A stretch of DNA of 64,000 nucleotides from Nanobdellota archaeon (GCA_023133595.1 JAGLWF010000006.1:10074-74073), one strand, 5' to 3'; positions 1-9,772 are shown, numbered from the stretch's first letter. Notes: generated by a model not told the origin, from the letters alone. Made by a program: numbers and translations.

Positions 1-448
1 CTGTGACAGATAATTCATCAGCAATAATCCAGTCTGTAGTGGAAGCGATCCAGTAACCGCCAGACGAACCTACCTCCCGTATCCATGCAACAGTAGGCTT
101 TCCTTCTTTCTCCAGGTCTTTGATCGCCTGTCCGATCTCTTTTGACGCAACAACAGTACCACCAGGAGAATTTATCTCAAGAACAACACCTTTTATTGCG
201 GGATTCTTTTTTGCCTTTCTTAGTTCTTCAACAATAACAGGCGAAGCTGCGACTTTAGGGCCTCCAAAGAATGAAGTGGACTTCTCTCCTTGTATCGGCC
301 CTTTGATCTCAATGATCTGGACACTTGTAGCACCAAAACTCATGCCTGCACTTCCTTTTGGCACAGCAACAATCACCAGAGCAACCAGAAAACTCACAAC
401 TATCAAAGCAATTATGACAATAATGCCGATCAATATTCTTTTATCCAC
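1..448 (-). CDS. sppA: Signal peptide peptidase SppA (S49 family), 3' end runs off the left edge
   Basis: Not in the ORF track; translated by hand from GTG at 448 (GAGGTG RBS at 455-460): N-terminal TM, then LRKAKKNPAIKGVVLEINSPGGTVVAS and GSSAGYWIASTTDWIIAD, the S49 signature motifs. Confidence 0.85.
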   Translation of the reverse strand, partial: MDKRILIGIIVIIALIVVSFLVALVIVAVPKGSAGMSFGATSVQIIEIKGPIQGEKSTSFFGGPKVAASPVIVEELRKAKKNPAIKGVVLEINSPGGTVVASKEIGQAIKDLEKEGKPTVAWIREVGSSGGYWIASTTDWIIADELSVT

Positions 449-619
449 TCTACACACCTCTGGATAGGGCTAGAAAGTTTAGATATAAAAATGTTTGCTT
501 ATGCCATTGCTGCGTTCCGCTAGTTTGGTCTTTTGTTTTAGAAGCCGAGTCTATGTATCCAGTAGAAAAAGTCAGAAAGCTACACTTGGCAGCAATGGCT
601 ACACTTGGTGCTATACAAA

Positions 620-967
620 TCAAAGATCTTCTTCCATCTGTTTCATAAAATCAGAAATAGTGGTGAATTCATTAAGATGCCACTTGCCGAGCTTTGATTT
701 CAGGAGCTGAAGATCGCCAGTGCTTGCCAGCTGCTGCATCTCCTTGATCACAGCTTTCATCCTGTCCTTTGCATCTTCGATATTCTTGTTTGTGGAATCT
801 ATCTTTCTCTTCAGTTCATTCAACCTGTTTAACACTTCCTCTCTCTCAGCATCAAAATTGTCAGTAGAATTATCAATATCCTTCTCCATCTGCCTGCTCT
901 TTGCAGCAAGAAAATTAGTCTGGCTGTTTGTCTTCCTTACTCTCTCCATCTGATCCGGCATTTCCAT
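620..967 (-). CDS. Hypothetical coiled-coil protein
   Basis: 115-aa ORF, heptad-like E/K/R/L/I pattern, co-oriented with the upstream minus-strand genes. Confidence 0.65.
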   Translation of the reverse strand: MEMPDQMERVRKTNSQTNFLAAKSRQMEKDIDNSTDNFDAEREEVLNRLNELKRKIDSTNKNIEDAKDRMKAVIKEMQQLASTGDLQLLKSKLGKWHLNEFTTISDFMKQMEEDL

Positions 968-984
968 TGTAAAAAATAAAAAAA

Positions 985-1218
985 TTAATAGTCTGCAAAC
1001 AGAGAAGCGATCTCAAGATCAACTTCATCTATGTCCAGTTCTTTTTCAAGTTCAACCAAGTCTTCAGATGCTTGTGTCACTTCCACTTCTGTGCTCTCGA
1101 TAGCTTCGCCAACAGCAGTTGTTTTGTCTGCAGGTGCTGAAACCTTGCCGCAGCCTGACAGAATCAATAGAGCTGCAACCATCAAAGTGAAAGTTAAAGC
1201 CAAAATTATATGCCTCAT
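985..1218 (-). CDS. Small putative lipoprotein
   Basis: Basic N-terminus, hydrophobic stretch, LSGC lipobox-like motif; GGAGG RBS just upstream. Confidence 0.65.
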   Translation of the reverse strand: MRHIILALTFTLMVAALLILSGCGKVSAPADKTTAVGEAIESTEVEVTQASEDLVELEKELDIDEVDLEIASLFADY

Positions 1219-1230
1219 TTTACTGCCTCC

Positions 1231-2715
1231 TTATTCCTCTGTTTCCTCATCTGAAGTTTCTTCATTGTCTTCTTCCTGTTCCTCTTCATCGTCAGACTCT
1301 TCTTCCTCGTTGTCTGAGGTTTCTTCAGACTCTTCATCATCTTCTTCTGTCTCTTCTTCATCTTCAGATTCTTCATCATCTTCTTCTGTCTCTTCCTCGT
1401 CTTCAGATTCTTCTTCGTCTTCTTCTACGTCTTCAGGAACTGGAACATCTTCTTCTGGTTCTTCGACTATTTCAACTTCTTCTGCGTCTTCTTCGATCTC
1501 TTCACCCGCACTGTGGATACCTCTTACAACATCCATAAGAACTCTATGTGCGTTCTTCAGGGCTCGGTGTGCTTCTCGAACAAGAGCTTTTGCTTCGTTA
1601 ACATTCTCGCCAGTTGCAAACATTTCCCGTGCTTCACTGTATTTTTCACGAGCTTCGTCCACATAACTGCTGAACTGGTCAACTTTTCCGTCAAGATCTT
1701 CGACTGAAACACCAGCATTCTCCATCCGTTCTAAAGTTCGGTCCAATTTTCTTTCAAGAGCTTCGCTTCTCTTGATGATCTCGCCGACCTTTGCGTGAAT
1801 CAGACGTCCAGCATTTCTTTTAGCCTTGTTCTTGACTTTTTTCCAGGTCTTGTCGATCTTTTCAGCGACTTCACGGATATCTTCCCGTGTCTCTGCAGAA
1901 TCAACTTCTTCTGAAAGTTCTTCAAGCTCTTCCTGTGCCTCGTCAATCTGTTCTGTGATTGCTTCAGCTTCTTCATCAGAAATATCTTCTGATTCTTCTA
2001 CACGAAGTTCCAGCTGTTCAAGATGTTCGACAGCAGTTTCAATACCGTTCAGCAAGAATTCTTTTGCGTCTTCATTCGCTTCAGCCTGAAATGCAGTGCA
2101 TTCTTCAGTATCCTTGTCCTTGCATTCCTTTAATTTCTTTTTAGATTCAAGGAATTTTGCTTTCTTGTCAGAATACTTCTCCTTTGCCTTGTCAAACCGT
2201 TCTTTTGTAGCCTTCAGTTTTCCTTTGATATCCTGAAGCTTTTCACGTGCCACTGTCCTTTTCTTGTAAAGTTCAGAAGCTTTCTTTTTTGTCAGCCTAA
2301 GATTCTTCAATCTTTCCTTTAGCTGGTCTTCTCTCAGCTCAAGGAATTTCTTTGCACGAGCCCTGTCAAGACCTGCAAGCTTTGCTCTTTCTTCTTCTGT
2401 CAGCTCACTGAATCTTTCCTTTGCTTTTTCTCGTACTTTTTCTGCTCGAGCTGTTACAGCAGTTTTCATCTCTTTTCTTCTTTCTTGTGTTCTCTCTTTA
2501 ACCTCATTCGCCTTGTCCTTTACACGCTCTAGAACTTTCTGGGCTTTGCTTACCCTTTTAGGAGCTTCTTCCACATCTGCATCAACCACATCTGTAGAAT
2601 CAACCAATCCAACTGAACCCGCTTCACGGCCAGTAGTGGAAATCGCTGATACCATAGGTAGAGCAGAAACTAGAAATAGGGCAAAGACAAACAATGCAAA
2701 TAATTTTTTCACCAT
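1231..2715 (-). CDS. Exported coiled-coil protein with acidic low-complexity tail
   Basis: ATG at 2715 with GGAGGT RBS; signal peptide (MVKKLFALFVFALFLVSALPMVSA); long charged helical region; terminal Asp/Glu tract. Confidence 0.8.
   Translation of the reverse strand: MVKKLFALFVFALFLVSALPMVSAISTTGREAGSVGLVDSTDVVDADVEEAPKRVSKAQKVLERVKDKANEVKERTQERRKEMKTAVTARAEKVREKAKERFSELTEEERAKLAGLDRARAKKFLELREDQLKERLKNLRLTKKKASELYKKRTVAREKLQDIKGKLKATKERFDKAKEKYSDKKAKFLESKKKLKECKDKDTEECTAFQAEANEDAKEFLLNGIETAVEHLEQLELRVEESEDISDEEAEAITEQIDEAQEELEELSEEVDSAETREDIREVAEKIDKTWKKVKNKAKRNAGRLIHAKVGEIIKRSEALERKLDRTLERMENAGVSVEDLDGKVDQFSSYVDEAREKYSEAREMFATGENVNEAKALVREAHRALKNAHRVLMDVVRGIHSAGEEIEEDAEEVEIVEEPEEDVPVPEDVEEDEEESEDEEETEEDDEESEDEEETEEDDEESEETSDNEEEESDDEEEQEEDNEETSDEETEE
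1324..1425. repeat. Coding 39-bp tandem repeat (EETEEDDEESEDE-like units)
   Basis: About 2.5 imperfect copies inside the acidic tail of 1231-2715. Confidence 0.7.
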
Positions 2716-2776
2716 TTTATTAATACCTCCTGATTTGTTTTTCAATCCTTGCGGATATAAAAGTTTTTTGTTTTAT

Positions 2777-2893
2777 AAAGCCAAAATGACAAGTCCTGCC
2801 ATACCGCCCATGTGACGGGCAGGTATAACAGGGATTCTAGGCATTTGTTTTTTGGCTTTGTGATCAAGTATGGATTTCGGGGGTTGGCCCGAT
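2777..2893. other. GC-rich intergenic segment with nested inverted repeats (candidate structured RNA or DNA element)
   Basis: AAAGCCAAAA 2777-2786 / TTTTGGCTTT 2850-2859; CCTG/CAGG; ATACC/GGTAT; GCCC/GGGC around loop ATGTGAC; second hairpin TCGGGG/CCCCGA 2877-2893. Confidence 0.35.
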
Positions 2894-3106
2894 CAGGCTT
2901 GACCTAGAATATATATGTCCTACATTGTTTATATAGAAACTTGTTAAAGTTTCAGAAAAGAAGAGCAGATATCAGATTTAACTCTTTACAAAACTTTATT
3001 TTCCTGATTAATCCTTAAATAAGCCCAAAACAGGCTTCAATCAATGAAAAAAGAGCATATACCACAAATAACAATCTTTTTAAATATCTAGCATCTAACT
3101 ACCTAT

Positions 3107-3820
3107 ATGAACAGGGTATTGAAGCTTATAGTGATGATATTTCTATTATTAATAATGATCAATATAGCTTCAGCTGCGATATTGCATGGTGCAGTATATG
3201 ACTATTCCCTGCACAGGGTTGATAATGCCTATGTCATGATCGGAGATGAAAAGGACATTACAGAGAATGGAGAATATTCATTTGAACTAGGGCCTGGAAA
3301 CTACAACATCACTGCAAAGTTCTATGATTTTGAAGGGAATCTTCTAAGTTCTGTGCAGGAAAGCATTGAGATAAGAGAAGACAAGACATATGTCCTGGAC
3401 TTGATCTTGTTTGAATCCTTTATTGAAGATGAACTGTTATTCGCAGAATCAGAACAGATACTCTCTGATGTTAAACCTACAATGCTTGATTTCAAGGTAA
3501 AAGAAGGGGTGAACTGGTTCGGTATTGTGATCTTGTTTGTATTTCTCGCTCTTGTCTACTTCTGGATGAAAAGGATGAACAGGATAGAGGAGAAAGTGAA
3601 GGAAGTAAGGGAAGCGAAAAAAGAGGTGGTTGTCGCTGGCGAAGCAAACAAAGTTTTAGACTTTATCAAGAAACAGGAAAGGACAACACAGAAAGAGATA
3701 AGGCAGGAGTTCCCGTCTTCTGAAGCAAAAATCTCATTGATACTCACTGAACTTGAACACAAAAGAAAAATAAAAAAAATAAAGAAAGGACGCGGAAATA
3801 TCATAATATATAACGGTTAA
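3107..3820 (+). CDS. Membrane-anchored winged-helix protein (COG2512-like predicted regulator)
   Basis: Signal/TM, beta-sandwich-like exported domain (YSFELGPGNYNITA), second TM, C-terminal wHTH (TQKEIRQEFPSSEAKISLILTELEHKRKIKKIKKGRGNII). Confidence 0.7.
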   Translation: MNRVLKLIVMIFLLLIMINIASAAILHGAVYDYSLHRVDNAYVMIGDEKDITENGEYSFELGPGNYNITAKFYDFEGNLLSSVQESIEIREDKTYVLDLILFESFIEDELLFAESEQILSDVKPTMLDFKVKEGVNWFGIVILFVFLALVYFWMKRMNRIEEKVKEVREAKKEVVVAGEANKVLDFIKKQERTTQKEIRQEFPSSEAKISLILTELEHKRKIKKIKKGRGNIIIYNG

Positions 3821-6651
3821 TTGAACCTGTCTTCTTTATCTTCTGCAATACGAGTTTTCTCTTCGACTGATTTCAATGATGACTGCAACCGTTTCTGCTG
3901 TCTTGACACTGCAGCAACACCCACAACAAGCAGGATAAACAATCCTAATGCAGCTGCAAGCAGTAGTTTTGAATATTCCTGTTTAACTGGAACAGTTGGA
4001 GCTATTGCAAACCCAGTGCCGATAGATAATGTTGCTATCAACTCAGGCTTGGGCTCTTCTACTTGTATGAAAATCTTATTTTCAGTGTATGGATCAACAC
4101 CCTGGCGTGCAGCAACAATGCCTGTTGTTCCGAACTGGAAATTCACTTCTATTGATCCAGATGAAAGATCGATTGTTGTTGTTGCTTTTGGAGATCCACT
4201 CAAAACTCCTTGTGTTGTGGTTCCAGAGCCAAAGCAGCCTGTAACACCTGGAGAATCGATCGAGATTATTGTAATAGGACCTGTTCCTGGCTGGCCATCA
4301 ATCATGCTTCTGACAGGAGTCACGTAGACAGAAGTTTGTCCAGGACCAGCTTGTCCTGATTCTGCTTTTGGAACAAATGTTTTTCCAAGGATCAGACCAT
4401 CTTCACCAGCCACAGTGACACCATCCGGCCCTTTGCTGATGACAATAGGATCATTGACAGGAATATCAACTGCATCTCCAATCAGCTGTCCAAACTCGTC
4501 AATAGGGTTTATCTTGATTCCATCTGGAGTCCTGTCAATATCAATAATCGGGATAGTTCCTGGCCCTTCTGTGAACTCTGGAGGAAGATCGATTGTCTTT
4601 GTAGGTGGCGGGAAATCACCAGGCCAGATATCTGGTTCATCGACAAATCTTCTGACAATCTCAGGGTCATCTGTATCAAGCACAGCCATCAGGTTGACAC
4701 CATCTGCAGTGCGGATCAATGTTGCCTCTAATCCGATCTCCTGCATCTGTTTCTTGGTCATCCTTGCTTCAAGTTTTATTGGCACGATTAGATCTCTCAA
4801 TCCAGACATCGGAGTCTTTGGATCTATGATTAATTTGAATGCTACATGATTCCACGGAAACAAAGAGACATGAATCCTATTTCTGTCATCCTTATCAAAC
4901 ACACCGATCGCACTTCCGCTGATCGCGCCAAGCCCAAGATCTGAACCTGTAAGATCCAACCCTGGAGCTGGAACATTTGCCTGCACAGTATTTGGAGGCG
5001 GTATCTGTTTCAGATAAGCGCCGCTGCAGTCTGGAATAGGAAGCGGAGTCTCTATGATCGGTCCGCAATCAGTAGGAGCTTCAGAAACATCAAGAAGAAT
5101 TGTTGGATTATTGCTCATCCCTGGGACACCAAACTCTACTCTTACTGTTGAATAAGCTGAATCATACGGTCCAGTCATCTGGAAAGTCAACACACCATCT
5201 TCGACACTTGCATATCTTGATCCAAATTCAAAACTTCTGTCAAGGAATTTCACAGGGACGTCAGCATTGTCAATCATCCGGCTGGTATACGCATTAACAA
5301 TCTGTGTTGTGAACTGGCAATCGTCGACCACCCGAGTTCCTGGCGGCAATCCTCCTGGTCCTCCGGAAGTTCCTCCTCGAGGATCTGATGATGTTGGCGG
5401 TGAAGTTACAGTACCGATGCTCTCAAACTGCAATGGAGCGGTTGCTGCCCATTCTTCTACATAGATAATATCTGGAGGGGTACTAGGAGCAGTGCCAGTC
5501 ACATAAGAAGCGACAAATCCACCACTACCATACATGCTTCCAACAACTATAACATCTGCATACGCATCACCATTAAGATCTGTTGCTTCTGCATATTCTG
5601 GAACAACAGTCAGGTTTTGTGTTATGTTCACTGTCCTGTTTGCGAATGCGACCAAACCAACGCCTAATGTCCCATTACGCGTGTACAATGTATCGTTCTG
5701 CACATTTGCGCAGTAAATATCAGTTGTGTTCCGCGCAAGCCCCAGATTTGAAGGCGCTGGAACCCAAGCACTCACATTATCAAAGATGCCAGTCGCTGTC
5801 CACACAGTGTCTGCAGCATCATTGACACCACAGGAAGTTGCATTGTCAAGAGGATAATCCGCAATCCCTGGAATTACTTGCGTCCTGCCAAGATAGAGAA
5901 GGTTCGCACTATTCCTCGAGATATAGACATCAGAGATGTTATAATCAGTAGGATCATCCGGATTAAAGTTTGCAACAGCAATACTGTTCGCGTCAGTCGC
6001 TAGCACAGAGCCGGTCACGAGCTCAACATCTGAGAATTCATCTACACCATCTCCGTTCGTGTCACCCAGATTATAGAAATATCTTACTGTTCCGCTGTTA
6101 TTCACACCCAGAAAATCTCTTCGGCTTCTGTTGAGAATGTCCACAACCACGACCTGTTTCATATTGCTGAATGCAGTGAGGCTCGCACGTACAGTCACAT
6201 TATCATAACAGCTGCACGTTGTGTTCCACTGGAAGAAAGTGTCTCCTGCAAACAAGTCAGGATTCGAATCATTGTTGATCAGTCCTGCATAGAAACCAAC
6301 ATTGTCAGTTGCAGTGCCTCTAAGATTTGTATATGTTGTGTCATAAGTGAAATTTCCAGTTCCGTCGTTGATATACAGCCTGTTCTGGGAACTGTTCAGT
6401 ACAACATAGACATCATCGATCCCATCACTGTCAAAATCCGCAACACCTCCCTGATAAGTATTTGAGAATGTCGGAAGACCGCTGCCATTGACAAGCCTGA
6501 AAAAAGTTCCATTCACATTGATATAGAGATCTTTTGCATATATGTCTTTGTCACCATCACTATCCAGATCCCCAAAGATAGTTGCATTTACAGCGACAGA
6601 GAAGATTACAAGAAAGGATATCATGATAAAAATCTGAAATACTTTATTCAT
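3817..6651 (-). CDS. Secreted FG-GAP/VCBS-repeat protein with C-terminal membrane anchor
   Basis: Signal peptide; repeated DxDxDGxxD motifs (GDLDSDGDKDIY, ADFDSDGIDDVY, GDTNGDGVDEF, DLNGDAYADVIV); Pro/Gly-rich linker; C-terminal TM. Confidence 0.85.
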   Translation of the reverse strand: MNKVFQIFIMISFLVIFSVAVNATIFGDLDSDGDKDIYAKDLYINVNGTFFRLVNGSGLPTFSNTYQGGVADFDSDGIDDVYVVLNSSQNRLYINDGTGNFTYDTTYTNLRGTATDNVGFYAGLINNDSNPDLFAGDTFFQWNTTCSCYDNVTVRASLTAFSNMKQVVVVDILNRSRRDFLGVNNSGTVRYFYNLGDTNGDGVDEFSDVELVTGSVLATDANSIAVANFNPDDPTDYNISDVYISRNSANLLYLGRTQVIPGIADYPLDNATSCGVNDAADTVWTATGIFDNVSAWVPAPSNLGLARNTTDIYCANVQNDTLYTRNGTLGVGLVAFANRTVNITQNLTVVPEYAEATDLNGDAYADVIVVGSMYGSGGFVASYVTGTAPSTPPDIIYVEEWAATAPLQFESIGTVTSPPTSSDPRGGTSGGPGGLPPGTRVVDDCQFTTQIVNAYTSRMIDNADVPVKFLDRSFEFGSRYASVEDGVLTFQMTGPYDSAYSTVRVEFGVPGMSNNPTILLDVSEAPTDCGPIIETPLPIPDCSGAYLKQIPPPNTVQANVPAPGLDLTGSDLGLGAISGSAIGVFDKDDRNRIHVSLFPWNHVAFKLIIDPKTPMSGLRDLIVPIKLEARMTKKQMQEIGLEATLIRTADGVNLMAVLDTDDPEIVRRFVDEPDIWPGDFPPPTKTIDLPPEFTEGPGTIPIIDIDRTPDGIKINPIDEFGQLIGDAVDIPVNDPIVISKGPDGVTVAGEDGLILGKTFVPKAESGQAGPGQTSVYVTPVRSMIDGQPGTGPITIISIDSPGVTGCFGSGTTTQGVLSGSPKATTTIDLSSGSIEVNFQFGTTGIVAARQGVDPYTENKIFIQVEEPKPELIATLSIGTGFAIAPTVPVKQEYSKLLLAAALGLFILLVVGVAAVSRQQKRLQSSLKSVEEKTRIAEDKEDRFN

Positions 6652-8170
6652 TTTCTAATTCTTCATTATTTATCTCAACATTGTTCACTGCCAGGATATC
6701 GTACGATAACAGGCCATTGCGCAGTTTGTTGCCCTTGATCATATTGTTCTTGCTGTTCTCGAAATATATTCCGCTCGTCGTGTTGATGAAATTGCCAACA
6801 AGCTCATTGTTCTTGCTGTCAGCCACCACTGTTATTGCTTCGCCTGAACCAGTGATATTATTAGCTTTGATCAGGTTATTGTCTGCAAGGAACAGGCTGA
6901 TGCCATGCTTAAAATTGCCTGTCAGGACATTATCAATAACAACAGCCTCGCGCGTGTCTGCAAGCAGAATACCAGATGCTCTGTTCTCATTGATAATATT
7001 ATCTGCTATCTCATTATATCCATCTGACGAGAATAATCTTATGCCGAATAAATTATCATCAAGAAGATTCCTGCTTACCTGGCTTGAAAGGATGTTCTTC
7101 AGAAGTATTCCTGTTCCCCTGCCGTTGTGCACCTCATTATCGTGGATATATGCATTAATCGAATTCTTTAATATCATCCCGTGCTCGCGGGAATAGATCA
7201 GGCAGTTCTTGATCTCGATATTATCTCCGCTGGCAAGGATGGCATTATCTGCGTGGATCACTGCGTTCGCGCAGTCAAGGACAAAATTGTTCGCGCTTAT
7301 CCTGAAGCATGTGCCGCTGCCCTCGAATCTTCGCGCATTGCCAGTCAGTAAAACTGTTTCATTATCTGTTGTGAAATCCCGGCACGGTTCAGTGTAAGCC
7401 AAAGTATCTGGATCCAGCCCACTGTCTTCTATTGCTTCCTCTTCCAGACCCATGATATGCAGTTGTATCGAGATATCTGTTGTGTGCTTCATGTCAGACG
7501 CAAAGATCCTTATATCGTAGTCTCCTCCGCTCTCTTCGTTTGTTGTGATCCTAAGGATATGTTCATCAACAAGAACAGCATCAAACGGATTCCGTGACCG
7601 GATGAAATATGTTATGTTATCATTGTCAGCGTCACTCACAAACTCGTCAAGATCAATATCCTCTGTTGTGATTCCGTCAATAAAGAAAGATTTTCTGCCT
7701 GTCCATTTCGGAGCATTATTCTCTGAAGAGTATGAGACATATTTTGCTTCATCCAATATCAGGACACCAGAATCAACTTCGATCGCAAGTATCACATTCT
7801 CCTGTATTGTCTCAAGCTCGCAGGTCTCCGCACATACATCTTCAAAAGTATTGTTCAATGCCTCTGTGTTCAGGAGCAGGTATTTGATTCCATCATCAAT
7901 AAAATATACGCGGGCAACAGTATCATTCTCAAAAGAGCCTTTGAGTTTCAATGAAAGCGGAACCCTGTCAAGGTCAAAATTGATTGTTGATGATGATTCG
8001 AACCGAAGATTGAGTTGTTTTGTATAGTCCTGGTAGGGATCCTGGACTGCAAGCCCGGTAAATGCTGGATCAGATATATACAGATACGCACCAAGAACCA
8101 ATAGCACTGCGATTAATGGTATAAGCATTAGATAATATCTAGATATATGACTAACACCTCTTTTGCCCAT
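6644..8170 (-). CDS. Surface protein with cadherin-like module and right-handed parallel beta-helix (NosD/PbH1-like)
   Basis: N-terminal TM; NNAPKW...DLDEFVSDADNDNITY cadherin-like motif; C-terminal Asn/Ile/Gly repeats (DNNLFGIRL, NIINENRASGILL, NVLTGNFKHGISL). Confidence 0.8.
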   Translation of the reverse strand: MGKRGVSHISRYYLMLIPLIAVLLVLGAYLYISDPAFTGLAVQDPYQDYTKQLNLRFESSSTINFDLDRVPLSLKLKGSFENDTVARVYFIDDGIKYLLLNTEALNNTFEDVCAETCELETIQENVILAIEVDSGVLILDEAKYVSYSSENNAPKWTGRKSFFIDGITTEDIDLDEFVSDADNDNITYFIRSRNPFDAVLVDEHILRITTNEESGGDYDIRIFASDMKHTTDISIQLHIMGLEEEAIEDSGLDPDTLAYTEPCRDFTTDNETVLLTGNARRFEGSGTCFRISANNFVLDCANAVIHADNAILASGDNIEIKNCLIYSREHGMILKNSINAYIHDNEVHNGRGTGILLKNILSSQVSRNLLDDNLFGIRLFSSDGYNEIADNIINENRASGILLADTREAVVIDNVLTGNFKHGISLFLADNNLIKANNITGSGEAITVVADSKNNELVGNFINTTSGIYFENSKNNMIKGNKLRNGLLSYDILAVNNVEINNEELENE

Positions 8171-8281
8171 CTCGCGTCCTTCCTCTTATTTTATATAGAA
8201 AAGAGCATTATTATTTATAAATCTATCTGCAGAAGAAGATTTTTAGTAAAGTATTTAAATGTTCACGGGTTGCATAATAAG

Positions 8282-9187
8282 ATGAATTATAAGATTTTTT
8301 TGCGGGATCTGGTTGATTCTTTTAATCCAAGCAAATATCACATCCTGATCGATGACAAGTTCGGGCAAATCCTGAAATTCTTTTTTTGCGCATTGTTCCT
8401 TTTTCTTGTTGTTGCGAGCATTTTATTCATACCAAAACTTGTGATAATGCCGTTCCAGGTTGAAAAAGAATTCTCAAAGTTCACAGAGTTCAGCATTGAT
8501 GCAAAAATCACAACATCAGATGCAGTGAATCTTGGTTTCATCACAATCGATACTGGAATGGAAGAGATCCCAAACACAAAAGGATTATTTATCAACAATG
8601 ATACACTGCAGGTCAACCTGTTGCCGTTCGGGCTGGGAAAGAATCAAGCCAAGCTCGATGATCTCAAGGACCTGTCCCGGAACAGGAAGACAGTGAAAAT
8701 TAATCTTCTATTAGGAATGATATTATTATTACCATATATCTTCATACTGATCTATGTATATTCTGCAATAAAATTCCTTTTGCTTGCCTTGATTGTAGGT
8801 TCATTTGTCGTGGTCGCGACGCGGACATTGAAAGGTGTGGTGAAAGCAAGGGTCGTGCTCAAGACAGCATTATACGCAACACCGATCCTCATGCTTGAAC
8901 TGTTGTTCCAGGTATTTGCGCAGAGCTGGTATATCAATACATTATTGCCATTCATCCTATACCTGATGTTTGTCATAATCATCACAGTAATTCTTGGAAA
9001 GGAGCACAGGGTGAGATCCCACCATAGAAAACACAAACCAAGAAAGTATGAAGAGGAAGAAGAAGAGGAGATAGACCCTGATCTGTTTGCAAACACCAGG
9101 TTCGGCAAGCAGGGAAGCTCTGGAAATGCCGGTTCTGTGGATATGAGCACTCTACAGCGTGATTTAGAGAAGAACAGGATCAGGTAA
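8282..9187 (+). CDS. Multi-pass membrane protein (DUF1189-like topology)
   Basis: ATG 8282 preferred over the track start, which overlaps the divergent gene; one N-terminal TM, a soluble loop, about 4 C-terminal TMs and a charged tail. Confidence 0.6.
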   Translation: MNYKIFLRDLVDSFNPSKYHILIDDKFGQILKFFFCALFLFLVVASILFIPKLVIMPFQVEKEFSKFTEFSIDAKITTSDAVNLGFITIDTGMEEIPNTKGLFINNDTLQVNLLPFGLGKNQAKLDDLKDLSRNRKTVKINLLLGMILLLPYIFILIYVYSAIKFLLLALIVGSFVVVATRTLKGVVKARVVLKTALYATPILMLELLFQVFAQSWYINTLLPFILYLMFVIIITVILGKEHRVRSHHRKHKPRKYEEEEEEEIDPDLFANTRFGKQGSSGNAGSVDMSTLQRDLEKNRIR

Positions 9188-9281
9188 TTCTTTATAAATA
9201 AGCATAACTACTTCTATGTCATAAAACCAAGAGAACCTTTAAATACTTAATCTGCTTACCTAAACTGCAAACCCACGAAAA

Positions 9282-9770
9282 ATGACCAATGAAAAGCATG
9301 AGGATTATGTAAATGCTACAAAAGAGATGGTGCGGGCGGATCATCTCATATATGTGAGCTTGAAATATTCACGTACAGTGGATGTCATCAAGAGTGTTGT
9401 GAGCCGGCTCATCGAAGCCTTCGAGTTTGCGATGAAGGCTGTCCTGAAGACCGAGCTGAGTGAAGACGATCTCAAGGAAGCGCTCCACGGACCAAAAACA
9501 ATGTGCGACTGGCTTGCCAAACAGCACCAAGAGTTCAAAGATGACATCGACTTCTACAAATTCATGAGAAAACTTAATAAAGCGCCTGTAAAAGAAAGGC
9601 TTAACGAATTCCGAAGGCATGTCACACTGGTCACAGAGGTTGAAGGTGAGCCTGTGAATGTCAAGATCGAGACAGTTGAAGAGTATAATGTGAAAGTCAG
9701 AGAGTTCATACAAAAGATTCACGAGACATTATACAAAAGCAGGGATTTAACATTTGAAGGAAAGAATTGA
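9282..9770 (+). CDS. Hypothetical protein immediately upstream of the dnaG-like gene
   Basis: 162-aa helical ORF whose stop at 9768-9770 lies 2 nt before the dnaG-like ATG. Confidence 0.7.
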   Translation: MTNEKHEDYVNATKEMVRADHLIYVSLKYSRTVDVIKSVVSRLIEAFEFAMKAVLKTELSEDDLKEALHGPKTMCDWLAKQHQEFKDDIDFYKFMRKLNKAPVKERLNEFRRHVTLVTEVEGEPVNVKIETVEEYNVKVREFIQKIHETLYKSRDLTFEGKN

Positions 9771-9772
9771 AA

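Noticed and set aside
1031-2144. Ser-rich plus-strand ORFs (1031-1666, 1826-2089 and others)
   Set aside because: Antisense shadows of the Glu/Asp-rich minus-strand gene; the same applies to most short opposite-strand ORFs in the track.
8147-8281. N-terminal extension of the membrane protein given in the ORF track
   Set aside because: Overlaps the divergent gene start and spans TATA-like sequence; ATG 8282 is more plausible.
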